A stretch of DNA of 32,000 bases from Corynebacterium glutamicum ATCC 13032 (GTDB lineage: Bacteria > Actinomycetota > Actinomycetes > Mycobacteriales > Mycobacteriaceae). Each line of letters begins with the position of its first letter. Position 1 is the stretch's first letter. Shown here in pieces: positions 27,230 through 32,000 of this stretch. A program made the translations under genes and the position numbers. The stretch is taken from the NCBI RefSeq assembly GCF_000011325.1, contig NC_003450.3:870001-902000 (forward strand), given 5' to 3'. The notes under the pieces were generated by a model. It had not been told where the DNA came from, searched no databases, and saw only the letters and a program-made list of their open reading frames with translations.

Positions 27230-27302
27230 TGCCCTGGAGAGGAATCGAACCTCCGACACCCGCTTTAGGAGAGCGGTGCTCTATCCACTGAGCTACCAAG
27301 GC
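27230..27302 (-). tRNA. tRNA-Arg (anticodon CCT)
   Basis: The minus-strand 73-mer GCCTTGGTAGCTCAGTGGATAGAGCACCGCTCTCCTAAAGCGGGTGTCGGAGGTTCGATTCCTCTCCAGGGCA folds as a cloverleaf. The 7-bp acceptor stem has one G-U pair. The D arm is GCTC/GAGC. The anticodon stem is CCGCT/AGCGG with loop CTCCTAA. The T arm is GGAGG-TTCGATT-CCTCT. The discriminator is A. CCA is not encoded. Confidence 0.95.
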
Positions 27303-27422
27303 GTACCGAACTAGATTACAACACGCGGGGGTGGGAAGAAAAAGAGGGGGTTGCTTTTGCTTCGACAAGCTGTTTCCACAGGTAAGGTGGGAGTTAATAC
27401 TTCCCGACCTTAAGGAGCAGAA

Positions 27423-27692
27423 ATGACCAGGTATAAGCCTTCGTTCCATGATGTGCAGCGTCGTCCAATTGTGGTCAATCAGATCACTAAAGATAGTGTT
27501 CCAGTGCTGGCGGTTGATGAGATCCAAGATGATGGAACGCCTCGCCGGATTATGCTGCTCAACAAGTATGATGCCAAGCAGTTGAGTGCGGCATGTGACC
27601 GTTATTTGCAGGAGATTTTCTCCGCGACATTTGCGGGAGTTAATACGGATTTGTCTCCCGATGATATGGCCAAACTGTTTGGTGATGAATAA
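27423..27692 (+). CDS. Hypothetical protein (89 aa)
   Basis: Strong RBS AAGGAG 5 nt upstream of ATG 27423, followed by a clean terminator. I recognise no domain. Confidence 0.6.
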   Translation: MTRYKPSFHDVQRRPIVVNQITKDSVPVLAVDEIQDDGTPRRIMLLNKYDAKQLSAACDRYLQEIFSATFAGVNTDLSPDDMAKLFGDE

Positions 27693-27693
27693 G

Positions 27694-27719
27694 AAAAAAG
27701 AGCCGAAAGGCTCTTTTTT
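27694..27719. terminator. Bidirectional rho-independent terminator between the 89-aa ORF (+) and mrx1 (-)
   Basis: AAAAAAGAGCC (27694-27704), loop GAAA, GGCTCTTTTTT (27709-27719). The A6/T6 flanks give a U-run on both strands. Confidence 0.85.
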
Positions 27720-27723
27720 GCGT

Positions 27724-27963
27724 TTAGGCTAATGCTTCGATTTTGGCGATTACTTCCGCAGCTAGGGGATTAGTTGCGTGGGTGCCATCGGAGTAGCGCA
27801 CGGTTGGGACGATGCGGTTGCCGTCGTTGACTGACTTAACCCACTCGCCGGCTTCCTCATCTTGGTCGACGTCGATGAGGTCGTACTCTTGGCCGTCGAG
27901 ACCTTTGAGGAGGGATCGGCAGTAAGGGCACCAATCTGTGGCGTAAATGGTTACGTTGCTCAT
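27724..27963 (-). CDS. mrx1: Mycoredoxin / glutaredoxin-like protein (CPYC active site)
   Basis: 79 codons: MSNVTIYATDWCPYCRSLLKGL... The RBS AAGGAG overlaps the folA stop codon. Confidence 0.8.
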   Translation of the reverse strand: MSNVTIYATDWCPYCRSLLKGLDGQEYDLIDVDQDEEAGEWVKSVNDGNRIVPTVRYSDGTHATNPLAAEVIAKIEALA

Positions 27964-27975
27964 GTTGTTTGCTCC

Positions 27976-28434
27976 TTAAACCTTGATGTAGCGCTGGAAC
28001 TTGTAACGATACTCGCCTGAGGTAAACCACTCGGATTCGTCATCGAGGTTGAAGTTCGCCGGGATTTCGGGTGCGTAGACGGGAGTGGAAACATCGAAGG
28101 TGGCGTCGATAAGCGTTATTTCTAAAACGTCGGCGCTGCCGACGGTGGCCTTGTAGACCTCGCCGCCGCCCATGATCCAGCCGCTTTTAGGGATTTCGGT
28201 GACCACTGTGCCGCCGGCGGACCAGTCGCCGGGCTCGCGTGAGGAGAGAATGAAGTTCTCGCGGCCGGGAAGCGGCTTGAACGGCAAAGACTCCCACGTG
28301 CGACGACCCATGATGACCGGCTGGCCCATGGTGGTTTTCTTGAAGTGTTTGAGGTCTTCCGGGATGTGCCAGGGCATGTCGGTGCCGTCGCCGATGATGC
28401 CGTCGCGGCCTTGTGCCCAAATCGCACCGATCAT
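27976..28434 (-). CDS. folA: Dihydrofolate reductase
   Basis: [51 protein letters not shown].. is the canonical DHFR N-terminus. The start overlaps the thyA stop (ATGA). Confidence 0.95.
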
Positions 28435-29231
28435 ACGGCGACCTTGCCGCGGATCAATGGGTGTGGATCGTAGCCGGACACGGTGATGTCATCGAAGCTG
28501 TACTCAAACATGGACGCTGCCTTGTTGAGCTCCAAGGTGGGGTAGGGGCGAGCTTCGCGGCTCAGCTGCTCCGCGACCTGTTCCTTGTGGTTGTCATAAA
28601 TGTGGCAGTCGCCGCCAGTCCAAATGAACTCGCCGACTTCCAAGCCTGCCTGCTGGGCAAACATGTGGGTGAGCAGTGCATAAGATGCGATGTTGAAAGG
28701 CACACCCAGGAACATGTCCGCAGAACGCTGGTAGAGCTGGCAAGACAGTTTGCCATCGGCGACATAGAGCTGGAAAAGCAAGTGACAAGGGGGAAGAGCC
28801 ATGTTTTCAAGCTCGGAAACATTCCACGCCGAGACAATATTGCGACGTGAATCAGGGTTGTTTCGCAGAGTTTCTAAAGCACCTGAGATCTGGTCAATGT
28901 GACGACCATCAGGGGTTGGCCAAGAACGCCACTGGACACCATAAACAGGGCCCAGCTCGCCGTCCTCATCTGCCCATTCATTCCAAATGCGGATGTTGTT
29001 ATCCTGCAGCCATTTGACGTTGGAATCCCCCTGAAGGAACCACAAAAGCTCACCCACAACAGAGTGGAAATGGACCTTCTTGGTGGTCAGAAGGGGAAAA
29101 CCTTCATTGAGATCAAAGCGGATTTGTTGTCCGAATAAAGAAGTAGTGCCGGTGCCGGTGCGGTCGTCCTTGTGGGACCCTTCTTCAGCAATCTTCCGAA
29201 GAAGGTCTTCATAAGGCGTTGGAACAGTCAT
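28431..29231 (-). CDS. thyA: Thymidylate synthase (ThyA type)
   Basis: 266 codons with the catalytic Cys context [13 protein letters not shown] and the block [26 protein letters not shown]. Confidence 0.97.
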
Positions 29232-29249
29232 GCCGTCATCATAACAGCG

Positions 29250-30008
29250 TTAGTAAGTTCCATTCTCCTCGTAGAACTTCGCGCACATCTCGAGAAGTTC
29301 ATCTGCAAGTTCAGGGCGACAGATCAAGATGTCTGGCATGTAGGTGTCTTTGTTGTTGTAGGTCAGCTCGGAACCGTCGAGCCTGGAGCAGTGCAAGCCT
29401 GCTGCCTTGCAGACGCCGACTGGTGCTGCGGAATCCCACTCGTATTGGCCGCCGGCGTGGATGTAGGCGTCGTAGTCACCGAGGAGAACGTGCATTGCTT
29501 TAGCGCCTGCGGATCCAAGGGCCTTGGTTTCAAAGCCGAGCTGCTCTGCGCAAGATAGAGCAACCTTTGGTGGGCGGTTGTGGGAGATGGCGATGACCTT
29601 GGAGTAAGGGCCAGTCACGGCGCGGGCATCAGCGGAGTGGAACACCACGCCAAGGTCGGGGAGGCCAACAGCGGCGTGGGTGGGAACACCGTTTTCTACC
29701 AGTGCGATGTGTACTGCCCAGTCCTGGCGGCCGGTGGCGAATTCTTTGGTGCCGTCGAGGGGATCGATGATCCACACGCGGTCCTTGGATAGGCGGTCTG
29801 GGTTGTCGGCGGCTTCTTCAGACAGGAATCCATCGTTGGGGCGGTGCTGCTCCAACACTCGAGCAATCCAACTTTGTGCGAGTTCGTCGCCGGCATCACC
29901 GAGATTCCGACCTCTTAACACCCCAACATTGCGGACACCTTTGAGGATTTCTCCGGTGCCTTGGGCGAGACGATGGGTGAGGATCGAATCATCAATCTGA
30001 GCAGTCAT
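29250..30008 (-). CDS. cysQ: 3'(2'),5'-bisphosphate nucleotidase, inositol monophosphatase family
   Basis: IMPase-family motifs FLSEEA, WIIDPLDGTKEF and YEWDSAAP. It lies 18 nt upstream of thyA on the same strand. Confidence 0.8.
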   Translation of the reverse strand: MTAQIDDSILTHRLAQGTGEILKGVRNVGVLRGRNLGDAGDELAQSWIARVLEQHRPNDGFLSEEAADNPDRLSKDRVWIIDPLDGTKEFATGRQDWAVHIALVENGVPTHAAVGLPDLGVVFHSADARAVTGPYSKVIAISHNRPPKVALSCAEQLGFETKALGSAGAKAMHVLLGDYDAYIHAGGQYEWDSAAPVGVCKAAGLHCSRLDGSELTYNNKDTYMPDILICRPELADELLEMCAKFYEENGTY

Positions 30009-30015
30009 GTTCTCA

Positions 30016-30021
30016 ATTCTA
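30016..30021 (-). promoter_or_regulatory. Candidate -10 box TAGAAT for a leaderless cysQ transcript
   Basis: On the minus strand the sequence reads TAGAAT-TGAGAAC-ATG, with 7 nt between the hexamer and the start codon. It fits the corynebacterial TAnnnT -10 pattern. Confidence 0.4.
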
Positions 30022-30031
30022 GATGTTTGGT

Positions 30032-30037
30032 TACATT
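30032..30037 (+). promoter_or_regulatory. Candidate -10 box TACATT for a leaderless lhr transcript
   Basis: The sequence reads TACATT-AAGGC-ATG, with 5 nt between the hexamer and the start codon. There is no room for a 5' UTR or SD in the 34-bp gap. Confidence 0.4.
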
Positions 30038-30042
30038 AAGGC

Positions 30043-32000
30043 ATGGCTAAAAGCATTCTTTCCCGATTCCGACCTCAAGTAGCGGAGTGGTTCCGGGATG
30101 TCTTTGCATCTCCGACCCCTGTTCAGGAGGGAACGTGGGAGGCGGTATCTAAGGGGAAGAATGCCCTCGTGGTGGCGCCGACCGGTAGTGGTAAAACCTT
30201 GGCTGCGTTTTTGTGGGCGTTAGATTCCCTCACTGAACAAACAGGTCAACAGGTTTTAGACACGGGAACACCGGTGCCTGTTCGTGGTGGGAAAGTGAAA
30301 GTGCTCTACATTTCCCCACTCAAAGCGCTTGGCGTGGATGTAGAAAATAATCTGCGTGCACCGTTGACCGGTATTGCGAGGACTGCCTCTCGGATGGGTT
30401 TGGATGTGCCCAATATCACTGTGGCGGTTCGTTCGGGTGATACGCCATCGGCGGAGCGGGCCCGGCAGGTGCGTAAGCCTCCAGACATTTTGATCACCAC
30501 TCCGGAGTCGGCGTATTTGATGTTGACCTCAAAAGCGGGGGCGACCCTTTCGGATGTTGATGTGGTGATCATCGATGAAATCCACGCCATGGCCGGAACC
30601 AAACGGGGAGTGCATCTGGCGTTGACGCTGGAGCGTTTGGAAAAGCTCGTGGGGCGGCCTGTGCAGCGAGTTGGTTTGTCTGCAACGGTGCGTCCTTTGG
30701 AAACGGTGGCGGGTTTCTTGGGCGGTGGCAGACCCGTTGAGATTGTGGCTCCACCTGCGGAGAAAAAGTGGGATCTCACTGTCACTGTGCCGGTGGAAGA
30801 CATGTCGGATTTGCCGGTTCAGGAGCCGGGATCAACTATTGGTGAACTAGTCATGGATGATCCGTTGGGGATTACTGGCGAATCAGCGCTGCCTACTCAA
30901 GGCTCGATTTGGCCACACATTGAGCAGCAGGTGTACAACCAGGTGATGTCGGCGAAATCGACCATCGTGTTTGTAAATTCCAGGCGTTCCGCGGAGCGTT
31001 TAACCAGTCGGTTGAATGAAATCTGGGCGATGGAACACGATCCGGAATCGCTGTCGCCGCAGCTGCGAAGAGATCCGGCGCAGATTATGTCGTCAGCGGA
31101 TGTGGCAGGAAAAGCACCACAGGTGATCGCACGTGCGCACCACGGATCCGTATCCAAAGATGAACGTGCCACCACCGAAACCATGCTGAAGGAAGGTCGG
31201 TTGCGCGCAGTTATTTCCACCTCCTCGCTGGAGTTGGGCATTGATATGGGTGCCGTGGACCTGGTGATTCAGGTGGAATCGCCACCGTCCGTGGCAAGTG
31301 GCCTGCAGCGCGTGGGGCGTGCGGGGCACACGGTGGGGGCGACGTCGATAGGCTCCTTTTATCCCAAGCACCGCTCCGACTTGGTGCAAACCGCGGTGAC
31401 CGTGCAGCGGATGAAGGAAGGGCTGATCGAAGAGATCCACGTGCCCAAAAACGCGCTTGATGTACTGGCACAGCAGACGGTGGCGGCTGTCTCGATTAAA
31501 GATGTGCAGGTCGATGAGTGGTACGAGACTATTCGCAAGGCGTATCCGTACCGGGATTTGGCGCGCGAAGTCTTCGATTCCGTCATCGACCTGGTCAGCG
31601 GTGTGTATCCCTCCACAGATTTTGCCGAGCTGAAGCCACGTGTGGTGTACGACCGGGTTTCAGGCGTGCTGGAGGGCCGGCCAGGATCCCAACGCGTAGC
31701 AGTGACCAGTGGCGGAACAATTCCCGATCGAGGAATGTTCGGAGTCTTCCTCGTCGGCGATGGTCCCCGGCGCGTCGGCGAGCTCGATGAGGAAATGGTC
31801 TACGAATCCCGCGTGGGCGATGTGTTTACGCTCGGGGCGTCGAGTTGGCGGATTGAAGAGATCACCCGCGACCAGGTACTGGTCACTCCCGCGCCGGGTC
31901 ACACGGGTCGGCTGCCTTTTTGGACGGGCGATGCCGCAGGCCGGCCCGCTGAGCTGGGTAAAGCTTTAGGCGCTTTTCGACGCTCGACCCTCACCGATCC
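30043..32000 (+). CDS. lhr: Lhr-type large ATP-dependent DEAD/DEAH-box helicase, N-terminal ~650 codons (continues beyond the window)
   Basis: Absent from the ORF track (no in-window stop). Hand translation from ATG 30043 is open to the window end: MAKSILSRFRPQVAEWFRDVFASPTPVQEGTWEAVSKGKNALVVAPTGSGKTLAAF... The helicase motifs follow in order: VIIDEIHAM, GLSATV, ARAHHGSVSKDER, ISTSSLELGIDMG and LQRVGRAGH. Confidence 0.9.
   Translation, partial: MAKSILSRFRPQVAEWFRDVFASPTPVQEGTWEAVSKGKNALVVAPTGSGKTLAAFLWALDSLTEQTGQQVLDTGTPVPVRGGKVKVLYISPLKALGVDVENNLRAPLTGIARTASRMGLDVPNITVAVRSGDTPSAERARQVRKPPDILITTPESAYLMLTSKAGATLSDVDVVIIDEIHAMAGTKRGVHLALTLERLEKLVGRPVQRVGLSATVRPLETVAGFLGGGRPVEIVAPPAEKKWDLTVTVPVEDMSDLPVQEPGSTIGELVMDDPLGITGESALPTQGSIWPHIEQQVYNQVMSAKSTIVFVNSRRSAERLTSRLNEIWAMEHDPESLSPQLRRDPAQIMSSADVAGKAPQVIARAHHGSVSKDERATTETMLKEGRLRAVISTSSLELGIDMGAVDLVIQVESPPSVASGLQRVGRAGHTVGATSIGSFYPKHRSDLVQTAVTVQRMKEGLIEEIHVPKNALDVLAQQTVAAVSIKDVQVDEWYETIRKAYPYRDLAREVFDSVIDLVSGVYPSTDFAELKPRVVYDRVSGVLEGRPGSQRVAVTSGGTIPDRGMFGVFLVGDGPRRVGELDEEMVYESRVGDVFTLGASSWRIEEITRDQVLVTPAPGHTGRLPFWTGDAAGRPAELGKALGAFRRSTLTD

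Noticed and set aside
24640-27720. tRNA-linked genomic islet (small lipoproteins, MetX-like gene, decayed ORF next to tRNA-Arg)
   Set aside because: There is no integrase, recombinase, transposase or phage gene. I could find no direct repeat of the tRNA 3' end. The AT-richness is confined to the short intergenic stretches.
30306-31616. Minus-strand ORFs of 85-165 aa in the right-hand 2 kb
   Set aside because: They are antisense to the hand-translated lhr frame, which carries helicase motifs I, II, III and VI in order.

Overview
This window reads as a core chromosomal segment of a Corynebacterium glutamicum-type actinobacterium. I recognised it from the encoded proteins and from memory of the locus, not from any search. 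Gene order: a partial glutaminyl-cyclase-like lipoprotein, a class-IV aminotransferase-fold gene, an NCS2 purine permease, a SpoU/TrmH methyltransferase, a SepH(DUF3071)-led two-gene unit, serC, a 713-bp regulatory gap, gltA, fkpA, a fused beta-alpha carboxyltransferase (accDA), DUF485-mctC, a beta-lactamase-fold hydrolase convergent with a Tat-exported DUF1906 protein, the 8.9-kb type-I fatty acid synthase fasB, small lipoprotein genes, a MetX-like alpha/beta hydrolase, tRNA-Arg(CCT), the cysQ-thyA-folA-mrx1 string, and the first ~650 codons of lhr. Two real genes at the window edges (1-691 minus, 30043-32000 plus) are missing from the supplied ORF track because they have no in-window stop; I translated both by hand. 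Most long ORFs antisense to these genes are codon-bias artefacts. I found no CRISPR array, IS/transposase, integrase, toxin-antitoxin pair or recognisable defence or secretion system, and I do not think the window hides a large novel system. The unusual items are small. (1) A split small ORF at 25206-25596 is joined at a U-UUU-UGA shifty stop and followed by a perfect 13-bp hairpin. (2) The gltA leader carries a terminator-shaped hairpin plus U7 and a 12-bp pseudoknot-capable inverted repeat. (3) The 34-bp cysQ/lhr divergent gap holds back-to-back -10 boxes, implying two leaderless mRNAs. (4) Several uncharacterised genes have suggestive neighbours: a sepH-coupled ORF, an orphan fused carboxyltransferase, and a cell-wall-related convergent pair.
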